Source of the DNA: Haplodiscus bocki
Taxonomy: Eukaryota
NCBI GenBank assembly: GCA_965655095.1
Contig: OZ296651.1
Span: 117,614,001-117,678,000, forward strand
Length of the DNA: 64,000 nucleotides
Direction: 5' to 3'
The notes below the pieces were generated by a model that was not told the origin of the DNA, made no database searches, and saw only the letters and a program-made list of their open reading frames with translations. The translations under genes and the position numbers were made by a program. Positions 48,940-61,500 of this stretch are shown piece by piece (the first letter of the stretch is position 1; every line of letters begins with the position of its first letter).

Positions 48940-51900
48940 TGCAGGTAAAAAAATTTTATATTCAAGGGCCCAAAAAAATCAGTACCTTTGTTTCATCTAT
49001 GAAGTAAGTAGCTTGTTTTAACAGATGTAAAGTTGAAAAGATCAGTCTAGGTTTCGAAGAAAATGTCGTATAGAAGACGAAAAGAGACCAGATTTAAGAT
49101 ACGAAAAAGCTCAAGAATTTGACAGTCTAAAAAAAGCATCCAATAACAATTTCATAAAAATAAGGGGGTACAGAGAATTGTTGGTACAAATTTTGTTTCA
49201 GTTGGGAGGAACAATGGGAAGCTCTACATTTCCATCATTCTCCGTCGAATTCACCTTTTCTCTCCGACAAATTCTCAAAATCATATATTCACGGCCTATT
49301 TCATTGAAATACACAACGTAAACCACTACTGACAGTCTTTAGGCGTCATAAAAATGAATTTAGTATTTTTTTTTAAATTACTTCAACGTTGGAAAGCTTC
49401 TTGAAATCAAGAGCTTAGTAACAAATTCCGCAAACTCTATTCGTTGTTTTATTTCATGTCCTTTCGTCAACGGTGATAGATGAACAGGCACGTTGATGGA
49501 ACAGAGGGGAAAATTTCAAGGCTCCAGATACGAAATCTCTTGATGAAAACATAAAAAGAATGGATCAAGGATGTTCAAAAAGTGCCATAGTTGTGTGCAA
49601 TTCCAACTGCCTAGCATCATTCAGACACAGTTAATCGTTGTGATATAGTTTGCATCTTGAACTTGAAAAATTGAATCGGTTAAAGTCATTGATCAATATG
49701 GCTATCCCGCCTTGGCTTCTTATTGTCTTGATTCCGTCTACTGACAATTAGATGAACATCCACTTCCCGATGATCTTTTACAAGTAAATCATATTTGAAA
49801 TTTTGAATTTCTGGCAGTGGAGCCATTTCATAAAATCTTCACTGCAGGAAAGAAAGAGCCTCAAAGTGGACCTTAAGATTCGAAAGCATTGACTTTTAAA
49901 CAACCAGGCTAGTCCAAGTGAGAAAATTGGCAGTTAACGGAAATATTATTCCGCAGAAAAAGGCTGCCAAAGCCAGCCATTGCGTGTGAGAAAAAGTTAC
50001 GCATATAAAAGATATTTATGAAGTTAAAGATGAAATACGTTTTTATTTTTAATCAATCACTTTACAAACATTAACGATGTTTTATATATGTCTGCGGAGA
50101 AACATATGCTAATGTGAACAGTCGTAAGAGAACTAGCATAAGGTAGCAGAAGTGAATTGCCTTCCGTCCACCAAAATTCCAAATGACTCTGGGGGATCAG
50201 AGTATCAGGATGGGAATTAGCAAAATTAGAAAAACATTGTGAATAAAATAATAAGCTCTACAATAAAAAACAATAATTTGCTTCTGGAAATTCTATAATT
50301 TAAAATCAGGAAGAAAAAGTCAAAGAAGGGAAGGACGAATCTGAAATTCGGTAAAATGTTGAACAAGTGATGGAATTAAATAGCTGAGGAAATGCCCCGT
50401 TCGTTACTCAATCTGGACTAACGAAACTTATTAGTTTCGCGAAAATATCGGAAATTTCGAATTGTCAGTACAGTCTTCAAAAAAGGAAATTATTTTTAGG
50501 AAGACATTATTGCGGAAAAAAAAGGTTGGGTGCTTTTCTTAAAAATGTTGACCGTAAAAGCAGGACAGTCATGTCAATGGGAAGCCATGAATGAAAAACG
50601 TAATTATTTAGGGAAAATTGGCTCGGACAACGTTGTAAACAAATGAAGAAAGCGAATTAACGCGAAAACATGAAGCCACGAGGAAGCGTGCAGTAGCCAT
50701 CTTTACTTCTCTACTTATGTGCTGATTGAAAAACATTATTGGTTAGTGAAACTTCATGCCAACACAAGGGGAAACCGGACCTTTCCCGTCAAGAAACGCT
50801 TGATTCAAACAAAAAGAAGCAGCTACAGCGCAGGAAGCCTTAATTGAAGAAATGATTGTGATGAATCGTGTTATCCATTAAAATACAAAACAACAAAAAA
50901 ATAAATTACCTACCAGATGCGTAGTGCAACGTTTCCAATAAAAAACTCCACCTGAGCCCGGAAAAAAAATAGCATTTGGTGTCGATCAAAAACAAGTCAT
51001 CATTCCGTTGCCTCTTTTTTTTGAACATTAAAATTTCATTCAACAAAACTATTCAGAAATTCATTTTCGAGAGCGGCGGAATGGGTGGTTGATATTAATC
51101 AGACACATTTTTCAAAAAACCAATGTAAGTTATAACAATCATTGAAAACCTTGAAAATGAATCTCATAGGTATGAGAAACTGGAGAAACTTGCTCGTGAT
51201 TTTCGAGGTTCAAACAACGCTTAAGGTTCGTGGAGACCACCCGCTTCCAATATCCTGATTTTTGTTCACTAAATGTTAGTATCCCATTGCAAAGCTGCAT
51301 TGTCAAGTTCATCCCTGCAGAAAACATTAGAAACAACAAAACAATTATTGTTTTTTCCACGAAGGCAGAATCCAAACATAATTTTGGAGTGCGTAATTGA
51401 ACACCAGTCAAGTTTTTTCTTTGTTTAAAGAAACAACAACAGCAATGAGACAAAAAAAATTTCTGGGAACAGCTCCAAAAGAAACAGCAAAAGTATGGAT
51501 AAAAACTTAGAGTTAAAACAAAACTTTACTCACCTTTCATATTTTAAGTACAGATAAATTTTACTAATGAATTGGACAAAAACCCAGAATTTTGGTAGCT
51601 GAAGAAAAGATTAAAAAGTAACTGTTAAACTTAAATTTTAACAAAAACATATTTTGTTCCAAGATAACAACTGTTCATTGCTCAGCATACTTCCGGCCCC
51701 TTCGTATTCACCGCCTAACTGCACCTTTCCCAAACTGCATCGGCAAATCCAGTGCGTCTACAGGAAAACAAAGTTACCTCTCATGCAGGAGACAGAGAAG
51801 TTAGAACAACAATCTGAAATAAGGATTGACGACGATAATTCTGTCAATATTTGCCACCCAAAAGGCATTTTTCGTCTTCGTCACAAAAATTGACAACATA
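48940..51900 (+). pseudogene. Copy of the decayed plus-strand relic spacer
   Basis: Near-identical to 31900-34860. Confidence 0.35.
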
Positions 51901-52019
51901 CTGCTTCACGGCTTCACGTTGACTGACGCACAATGACAGGACTACGCCCGTTTGTCGCAGAAAATAAATCTGAACACGAAAGAAACACCGATTCAAACCT
52001 CACGCCTTCTGGTAATTTT

Positions 52020-52102
52020 CACCGTCGCCTCCACTGGGTGGTCAGGGGTTTTTGCCCCATATCAGGCCTTTGCGAGGCGGGGGAGGGGCCCCTTTGCCGA
52101 GC
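52020..52102. repeat. Unit junction motif J4 (B2/C)
   Basis: CACCGTCGCCTCCACTGGGTGGTCA - 27 nt - GCGAGGCGGGGGAGGGGCCCCTTTGCCGAGC. Confidence 0.9.
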
Positions 52103-53667
52103 CGTTTTAGTAGTTAGTGTTTTACATCTGTGGAAACGGGGGTGTAGAAATAGCGATCTCAGCTCCCACCCATACGATTTGGTTCAAACTTTGTATGCAG
52201 GCATACTTTACAATTCTAAGAACAATGGAGTGGGTTAGATCATTCTAGCAAAAATGGTTGAGGAATTATGACGGGATGATTCTGTTTTTTGGCCCTTTTT
52301 TGCAGTTTTTAATCGACAGCCTTGCGAGTAACCACATGCATTTGGCCGAAACTTTTTGTGTGAAGCACATAAACTGTGACCTATACGCATGCGAAAAATT
52401 TTCTGCCAACTCGTCATAGGTGTGGAGGTATGACGGATCAAAGTTGGAAAAAAATGCCGAAAATCGATCATTTCGTCATAGCTCCCACATTGAAGTACAT
52501 AGTATGCGCTCTGGAGCGGCTCCATTGTGAAATTGACTCCATAACTTGAAAGATAATTTTTTGACGATAAAAAATTTTTGGCCAAAGTGCCGAAACAAAT
52601 GACGGTTATGACGAATTTTTCGAAAAAAAAAATAAAAATCACAAAAAATCAAAATTTGCCGTAGAATTTGATTATGACACTTAAACAGGCGCATAGCGAA
52701 CGTCGGCAGAAAAATTTAGCTTGCTATGTTTTGAAAGCAGCTGTTCCTTTAACAAACAAATTCAAGTTTGATGAGTTTCTGGGAAGGAAAACAGAATTTT
52801 TTTCCGAACGAATCAAAATTTCACCTGCGAAAGTGTTTTAACTTTCTCAAAAAGTTTCGCACCATTGTTGTCAATTTGTAGGCAGTAGGTTCCCAGCTGT
52901 TACTTTGTGAAAACAACCTAAATGAAGCAAATGAACCTGTATAGACTTCAGAATAAAACTTCTCTAAAATTTCGTATAAAAGTTTGTTCCCATTCTTCTG
53001 TTGGAGAAAATTACAACACTTTCTGCTTCTTTTCCTTTTCCCTGTTTTACAAAGCGTTCACTGTATCAAACGTCAAGCAACAAACTGAGAGAGTGCACTG
53101 AGCCCGATAAAAGAGCAAGACATCGTTTCAAAGTTCAAAACGTTCGGTGATGAACGGATAGTAATGTTTAACATAACAAGAAAGAAGTTCATTGCATAAA
53201 ATGAAAAGTTCACAACTTCTACACGAATCAACAATCCACATTCAAAAGCAACACGAATTAGCACAATGTTCTAAGCTACTGAAAGACATAAGTTTACAGA
53301 GAGAAGTCGTCGGCAGTTGCAAACTAATTTCCATTGTTCAACAACAACTAATTTGACATTAGTGTTCACAGTTCTACAAAAACCAACAATTAACCTTTAG
53401 GTACTGATAAGTACTGGAAAGTTAAACTTTATCATAAACAAGAGAATAGAAGCATAGGTTTCAAGATTGAAAAAAGCAGGAGAACAAACTTTGGTATGAA
53501 AGAACGAGGACAACATTAATTTTTTTTTCCGAAATTGTTACTTTGTGCATGTTTTTTTCAGCAACCACCTTGCGGTCGATTGCGAAAGGAGATGTTGGTT
53601 TTGAAAACCTGCAAGCAGTTCACGCGGTGGAGAAAGAACGGTCCTCTGAAGAGTAGGTCTAGATCAC

Positions 53668-54678
53668 CTATCGTACGTTGTTCGGATTGTTAGGAGCACC
53701 GACGTTAGCATTCGCATGCTGCAAAGCTGAGGGTTCATTGCCAATATTGGCGTTGCATGGCACAATGTTGTACTTCAAGTTAAAAGGCACTTCAACGGCA
53801 GGCGTAATTTCGCAAATGCGGGCACGTTGTACGTTTTGTGCAAGATTTTCGTCTGTGGATCCAGTTTTGTAAAATCCAGGTACCTGCCACCCTCCATTCT
53901 CATTTACAAATTGGGACACCTGGTTAACAGCATTCCGCAGTTGTTGTGAATTGATTGATGCATATGAAGTTCTAATAATAGCTTCGCTGCAAAACATTTT
54001 TGTCAGGTTAAGACTTTGTAATATTTCTCCCGTGAGGGAGTCTTCGTCTTCATTTTCGATGTCACGACTGATAATTCGGGCGCACATTACCCAAGCGGAA
54101 ACAGGAGATTTCTGTATACAGGGGCATACAGAGTCAATTCGATTTTCTCGTCTGTCACACATGAAGCCTGAGCAAGTTGGAGCCACAGCACTTGCTTGTA
54201 AGAAGGTGAGGGGTCTGTTTGGCAAGCAAAAGTGAAACATTGCTGTCGTTGATGAATGGAGATCTATGGGAATTGGCAACAATGGAATATTGTTAATCAC
54301 GACTTCCAAAGGAAGAAAGACATGGAAAATGGGATTACTGCGATCATTGCCGCGACAAGAGTTGGAGAACACAGGTTCTTTGACGTCCACAATTGACCCT
54401 ACTGTTAACAGAGTGTCCCCGAACAAAAAATAGCTTTTCTGTGTAGACTCCGCAATCACAGCAAAGCATTCTTTCGAACTGATCTCGCCTAGTATGACTA
54501 ATCGATCATAGCTGGTATCGAGGGCACCTCTCTTGTTTTTGATATTCTGCGGTCTAAACAACTGCAAAGGTTTGTCATTTTTCTTAATAACTAGAACGAT
54601 ACCTCTGACGAACGTATTTTCGCTTCGACGCAAAAAAAATGTAGCTGTTACTTGGGAGGTGTTGACTTGAGTTGTCAT
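53668..54678 (-). CDS. Element-borne uncharacterised protein (336 aa), unit C
   Basis: About 24 amino-acid differences from B1 by manual count (~93% identical). Confidence 0.8.
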   Translation of the reverse strand: MTTQVNTSQVTATFFLRRSENTFVRGIVLVIKKNDKPLQLFRPQNIKNKRGALDTSYDRLVILGEISSKECFAVIAESTQKSYFLFGDTLLTVGSIVDVKEPVFSNSCRGNDRSNPIFHVFLPLEVVINNIPLLPIPIDLHSSTTAMFHFCLPNRPLTFLQASAVAPTCSGFMCDRRENRIDSVCPCIQKSPVSAWVMCARIISRDIENEDEDSLTGEILQSLNLTKMFCSEAIIRTSYASINSQQLRNAVNQVSQFVNENGGWQVPGFYKTGSTDENLAQNVQRARICEITPAVEVPFNLKYNIVPCNANIGNEPSALQHANANVGAPNNPNNVR

Positions 54679-55527
54679 AGTCTGAAATCAAAAGTGGTTG
54701 AAGCTGCCTGAGAACTGAACAATTGGAGTATTCAAAACCATGCTTTTTACTTTTTTTAAAGATTCTGTGAACGCAATTTCCGTTAAGGTTCCTTACAGTC
54801 AACAGGCAAGTATTTTCGGTTTCAAGCAATTAATACAATGAAATAGCGCTACTGCTTCAAGTAAAGCAACCTGTTTTTCAAAAAAAAGCATGACAATTCA
54901 TCAATTATTCAGAGTTCTCAAGACTTCTTCATCATTAAGTTCAATTATAAAAATGTCATGTTACAATTACAGTCATCTTACGGTTCAACGCATCACGCTT
55001 TGTCGATCAGTAACATTTAAGGCCATAGAAAAAAAGGTGAGCAATGCATTCGAATACACCGTTATTAAATCGGTTTTTTCCGTCCACAGAACTTGTAGAA
55101 AGTTAAGGTTAATAAAATATATTTTCATTGCAGATGTTCCACAACTGAAGTTTAATACGTACTCAAAGCTACACAAAGCAAGAAAATTCAACTAATCAAA
55201 AATGCTGAACTAACTACAGGAACAAAAATTCTAAACTGTTCATCTGGTGCATATTATCGAGGGCACAGAAGGGGCAATACCAGCTGACATTTCAAAATGC
55301 GACAATCTACAGCCGTAGCAGTCAGTCGAGCCGAAAATTTTTCGTCAGTAGTCCTATGCTGAAATTCGCAACACTGTGCAGTCGATGCAAATATATTCAA
55401 AAGATTGGAAGAGAACTCTGTCAACGCTTCACTATGCAGTCGAAGCAGTTGGGATCCAACGCGTACGCAGAAACATTGTGCATAACAGAAAATGGTTTCA
55501 ACAGTTTTGTCAGAATGGATATTGCGA

Positions 55528-58500
55528 TCACCATGGCTTTAAACAGGCAGTGGGTTCACCACTACATACAATAAGTTTCAAACCGTCTTCTTTGTGCGGC
55601 CAAGTTTTTGCGATGTCTTCACCTAAATTGATGGCTGTGAAGAGTGATACATTTTTCTTTTTGAGATTAACGTAGTTCGATGCTGCATCCAGCCATTCTT
55701 TCTCAAATACGCGGACTCTATGAGACGCATTGGTTAAATTGAACCCAGTTACATAGGCACAAACTTTCCAGGGCAACCGATTTGTAATTTTTGTGAACTT
55801 AGAACCTAACCCAGAATTGTGTTCCCTCAGACGACGCACCAAGGACATAGTGGAGCCAATGTACAACAGCTGACTTTGTGGGACACTCTGCAGCAAGTAA
55901 CAGAAACCCAAGTTTTGGGTAGGTAGGTCACGAGTTGATGGCGGAAAAGGCGATGCTTTGGCATGATAAACTGTGGGATCGCGCGCAGAACTTTTTGTCA
56001 GAATTTCATTAGTCAGCTCAGCCCACTGTGATTTTTTGCGGACTAAGTCTAAAACTGCTCTTCTATTCTCCTCCTTCGTGCCCACAAAAGTGACATGGTT
56101 CAAACTCCGTACCCTGCTCATAACCACATACAACTGCTCAGGAAGCCACAAAGCAAAATCTCGTGACCCCACTATTTGCGTCGCCACCATCGGCAGAGTT
56201 TCGCCCATGGTCTTGTGAATGGTGGACGCAACAAAAAGCTTTAACGGATACTGTATCCTCCTGCACACTGTTTTATGGTTTAATCGGAAGGCTACACCAG
56301 TTTCCTTGCCAATAACAACACACCTCCAATTGTTTCTGATCACAGAGAGTGGCGGGATATTTCTGCAACCAGCTGGAGCAAGAGCAACTGTTAGGGTACC
56401 ATTTTCAATGGTATCCAAAGTCAGGAGGACGCAAAGTTGACCTTGATATGCTGATAAGGATGGTTTGTTGACAGTTAATCGCATAATAGCACCGGGGTAT
56501 AGAAAAAGTGATTGGGGCTCAAGGCACTTTTTGTTCAGGAACTTCGACGCTGTTGCAGACGCCTCACTCCAGTTGTCGGTGCTCGAAACGCACATTTCGT
56601 CGATGGACGCACTTTCAAAGTATTGTGCTCTGCTGCATTTAACTTCAGTGATTTTATTCTCGGTTGCTTTCCGTTCCGCTTGTCTAGTAGCAAAAATTCG
56701 AATTCTATCGTTCGGCACGTCGTTCCACGATTGTACAAAAGTGCAATCTTTCTCCATAATTTTCCAAATTTTTTCTGCATTGGCATCTGTTTTAGGCGTT
56801 GGTGATAACAATGATAACAGTTCCTGGCCGTTCTTGTTCCGCATTCGGACAAAATTTTTCAAATTGTGGAAAGCAAAGGTTGTTAAAGGAAAAGAGGAAC
56901 TCATCAAGTAAGATCCAGAGGGCGGAGGAAGTTGAAAGAAGTCACCAGTTGCGACAACGAGTTTTCCGCCGAAAGGAACATAATTTGCTGTGACAACTTG
57001 CAAAACATGATCTGTCGCTGCCCAAAGCTCGCTAGATATCATCGAAAGTTCTTCAACGAAAATTACGTCTAAGTGCTGTAAAACTCGGCTTTTGATAGGA
57101 GATCGTTGTAAATTGGACAGAGCCTTCTTCGAAAGTGATTCTGCAGAGCAACATTTTTCAACTGGAAATGGTATCAAAGCATTCAGATGTTTTCCAGCTA
57201 AAGCAGCAGATCTTTCAGCTGCTATGGATGTCACCACACAATGCAATCCTTGACATAAGGCGTAAGCAAGAGATTTCAGCATCACAAAAGTTTTGCCGCT
57301 TCCTGGTGGACCGAAAACAATCTGATGTCTTATGAAAGTGCAATGTCCTCGTTTATACATGTCTATTGAATTAATGAGTTCGTCCAAAACTTGACGTTGC
57401 TCTAAATATGAGTTTTTACTTTGATCCGGGCTCTTCTGTAAAAGTGGCTTCCAAGGCACTGGAGTATTGAAAGTGGCGTCGATCATCGTTTGCTCTGCAG
57501 GTAATTCAGTCTGACATGTCTGAAGGAAAGCTATCATTTTACACTTTTCCATAGCCAGTTGAATTGTGACTGTTTCTTCGCATTCCTCCAGGACGCTTTT
57601 GTCGAGAACAGGTGGTAAAGCAGCAGCAAAAAAGAGATTGTTTATCAACAGTGCCTCCGATATGACACTATGGGCCATTACCAAGTAAGTGTCAATCAAT
57701 TTAGATGACCCTGGAGTGAAGCGAAGCTGTTCGAGCAAATACTTCTTAGCTATTTCTTTCACTTCGCCATCAGTGACGGTTGAGTTTAGCAAAATACCCG
57801 CTTTTATGAAAGCTTCTTTGAAAGTTTGGACGTTCAAGATGTCCAACTCAGTGTCAAGTTTCCCGACGGTCAGTAACAGATGAAGTAAAAACTTTGTTGG
57901 GTTATTCGGTAGACTGTTGCTGAAAACAACAACGGCCTCTTCTTCTGACAAGTTTTTCCAATGAGCAACGAACTGAGAACTGTTCTTGTTTTCAAGAATG
58001 GGAACAATGTGTTTCCTCATTTCGCGTTTCAAGATCTGATTCCGTTCTTCACCAAACTTTTCTTGACAGAGACTTACGAAAGAGTTAACAGCAGATGGGC
58101 GCAGTTTAACCAAATATCCAAGTGCATCAACCCAGCAGCTTTTACGTAAACCTTTTTTCAAGAACTTCTCGTGATTGCTAAGGCAGTTTGTTCTTCTGGG
58201 TTTCCAGCGCACAAACCAGCTGTAATAGTCTTTTAACTGCGATACGAACAAAAGTTCCGGCGGCCTCAGTCCAAAAACAGTTACCTTGTCAGGAGAAATG
58301 AAATTGTTTTCAACATCTGCAAGGAGGAGGGTTTGACTTTTTGTAAATTGTCGAAGTTTTGGGAGTTCCAATAATTCTTTTCGCACACGGATTCCATCAG
58401 TGAAAGTGGCGCTGAAATTCGGAGACTTGTGAAAACGTTTCTCAATTACAATTCCTGAACGATATTCTTTGGGAACTGTAGGCACATGTACAAAGTCAAC

Positions 58501-61500
58501 ATTTGTGCAGACGTAAGGAAGTTGTAAGCACCACCAAAGACATTCAGTAATACTGACAATGCGACCTTTTACTGATTGTCGTTTCTCTTCCTGACGCAAA
58601 TTTTTCAAACAAGCTCGAACACCTGCTATCTTCTCATGTTCTATCGGTTCTGTCAGAACCTTTACACTGTTCTCTGTCTGACCTGCAACAATTGTGGCTG
58701 CTGCTCGAGATTCAATGCCCGCTGCATACTTCGCAACGTAACGGGGTGCCATGTAATCGTCGTAAATTTGAACGTTAGTGCTTGATTGAGTCAGTGCAAA
58801 CAAAGCTGCATTGGTTGGCGAGAAATGCTCGTTAGACACAGTCGGATAGTGATGCTTCCCGGCAATTAGAGGGTCTTTGACCTTCGGCAACAACGTGTTA
58901 ACGTCAATGTCTGCTAAGTCCATGGCTTGTAACAAGTCCATTGTTTCAGAAGAGAAGTTAATGGGAACTTCTTTGAACGAAAATGCATTCGATGGTGGAT
59001 ATCTTGGCACACGACAAATTGGCTGATTGAGACGATCTGTTTTTTTATGGCATCGCTGACGCCCTTTGGTACAGTTATGAATTTGATACTTTTGAAATAA
59101 CTCACCGAGATGCAACCTTTCGTCTTTCGTTAATTGAGGGCAACTGCTTTCTAATGCACCCAAAAATGTTTCTTTTGAACAGCAAACTCGAGATCTCACC
59201 TCAATAGAAAACTTGTCTTCTGGAGTACAAAGTATCACATGCAAATGAGGGAACCCAGCTGTCTCCTCCTGCCATTCATACCGCATCCAAATGTGGGATA
59301 CCGGTCCCAGTGGTCTTTCTGGAGACTTTTTCACCCACTCCATTACGTATTGTGAAGCTCTATACCAACACCTGAGCATCGGCATCAATTCTGCTTGAAT
59401 GGCCGCAGAGAGCAGTTCTTTTTTTGTAGTTTCTGGTGGGTACATTTCATAGAGTGCCTGAAAAATTTTTCTAACGCCAGGATGGGTCGACTGGCTGCAA
59501 GTATATGTCAAAAAGTACGTTGGATTTTTATCTCGAATTAAAGCTGCGAGTTCACAGACATTTTTACGACTTTCCGCACAGTCAAACTTGAATGTTTGCG
59601 TTGAAACAAATGAACAATTTGTAGGGCCGGAACTCACTTCCTGCCATCCCCGATTTAAAACCAATCTAACATCAGTTTTGTGAAGCTGCATGTTCAAAAG
59701 GCTGTCAAACACATACTGCAAATAAGTTGGATTGCATGATGTCAACAGCGAACCATCTTTGATTCTCGTACGAAGCATGTCTTCCAAACCAGCAAAACCC
59801 AGTTGTCTGTTGTACTTGGAGTTGTTGTAAAGCGCGGCTGGTATTGATCCATGAAAACTACCGTTGTTAGCTTGACACCAGAAAATTGATGGAAACAAAA
59901 GAGCTTCTGGTTGAATTAGAGGCAGCGCTGTCGTGGAAGTTGCTGCAATGTTTTCTAAAAAACGTTTTTCTTTCAGCGACAAACTGATTGGACTCCCTTT
60001 ATGCCGGTACAAAAGGTTGCATTGAGAATTGAGCAGAATGTGAAGTGGCAGTTTGAAAAGGTCTTCATTTCGATGTGGATCAATGAAAAGAGCTTTTTTA
60101 TCAGGGCAAGTTTGGAGACTAGCCAATACATTTATGCTTTCTTCAAGAGGTTCATGGTTGTCAACTTCCAAAGAAAAATCCCCAACAACAGACAAATTGT
60201 TGTTGGACACCATACCAAAGGCAATTGCTGCTGCATCAGGCTCGCTTGATTCGATAGACTCTACAATAGATGATGTTTCGGATACAACTCGCAAGCTAGA
60301 CGACTCTGAATTAACAGGAGAGAAATGCGTATTTGCCCTCTTTTCCGACATCGGCATTGGATCAACAAGAACACGTCTATTCGGATACTGTAGACCTTCG
60401 TTGAAGTGACGCTTGCATACGCAACTGTTACATTGGGAATAAGGGCAACGCAAAAAAGAAGCACGGGTGCATCTACAACGAAAACTGCTCTTTCTGAAGT
60501 CTCTTGTCAAAGGAACGTCATGAGATTCACAGATGAAGACGCCCTGACCAGTCAAAGTGCTCAGCAAGTTCCATTTCAAATCAACTAATTCAAGATTTCT
60601 TGATTTCTCATAAATTGCTATTGTCCAATATCCACGAAGACCTGAACTCAAAGCCTCAGTTCTAGACTCTGTCATCTTCTTAGCGTATCTGCAGTTTTTC
60701 TCCAAAAGCCAGAACTTCTGGAAGTCACCTCCATGTCGAACCATCAACCTTGGCTCGGCGGCCGGGCCTCCATCCTTTGCTCCGACTGCAATCAGTTCAT
60801 AGCCGATATCGCTGATAACCAACTTTAGCGGAGGTTCGCTTTTGCTCCGCAAATTATTGGGGGAGTTGGTGGTGAATATAGCGTGAGTTGTTTGAACGGG
60901 AAGTTGCAGATTTGTATAACAAGTTATATTTTTTCGATTCGTTAAGGGGATGTGGCAAAAATTCTCTGACACGGTTGCCAAAAACTGTGCGGCGAGATGG
61001 CAACAACAGTACTTCACACCTTCTAACTGCTCTTCAGTTCGGTTTTTCTCTAGCAAAGTGTTTATTGCTTCTTCCGAGCGCCGTAGAAGTAGCGTATTGC
61101 TGGCTTTCTTCATTGCCTTTGAGGTAATAAAAACATTCCTCAGCGAAGATATCAAAGGCCTCAAGGTCACAGAATACTTACCTGATGTTACTAAAGAACG
61201 ACACATCAACGGTGACAGACACAGTGCAGCTTGTACCAGCCAAAAAACATTGCTGCCTTTACAATTCAGAGGAGGGGGCGAACAACCATACTCGCCGGTT
61301 CCGTGGGCGAAGGAATAACAACTCAAAGCTTCCACGTTGTTTAAATAGTCTTTATCATTTTTATCTAGAACTTTAGCTATTTCTACACAAGTCTCCAAAT
61401 CTGTAGAAAGGGCAGGCAACAAACATTCTGATATGTTTTCAATCTGTGCAGGATAGTCAAGAATCCCCAAAGCTACATCTTCAACGATTTTACCTTCTTT

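Larger units (their letters stand above)
35007..52045 (-). mobile_element. Helitron/Helentron-like element, unit B2 (near-identical tandem copy of B1)
   Basis: Direct repeat of 17968-35006 with scattered substitutions; bounded by J3 and J4. Confidence 0.9.

Noticed and set aside
1347-52102. Conserved boxes with a fixed-length variable segment as a CRISPR-like array
   Set aside because: Repeats are 17 kb apart, the variable segments are homologous to each other, there are no cas genes, and the context is eukaryotic
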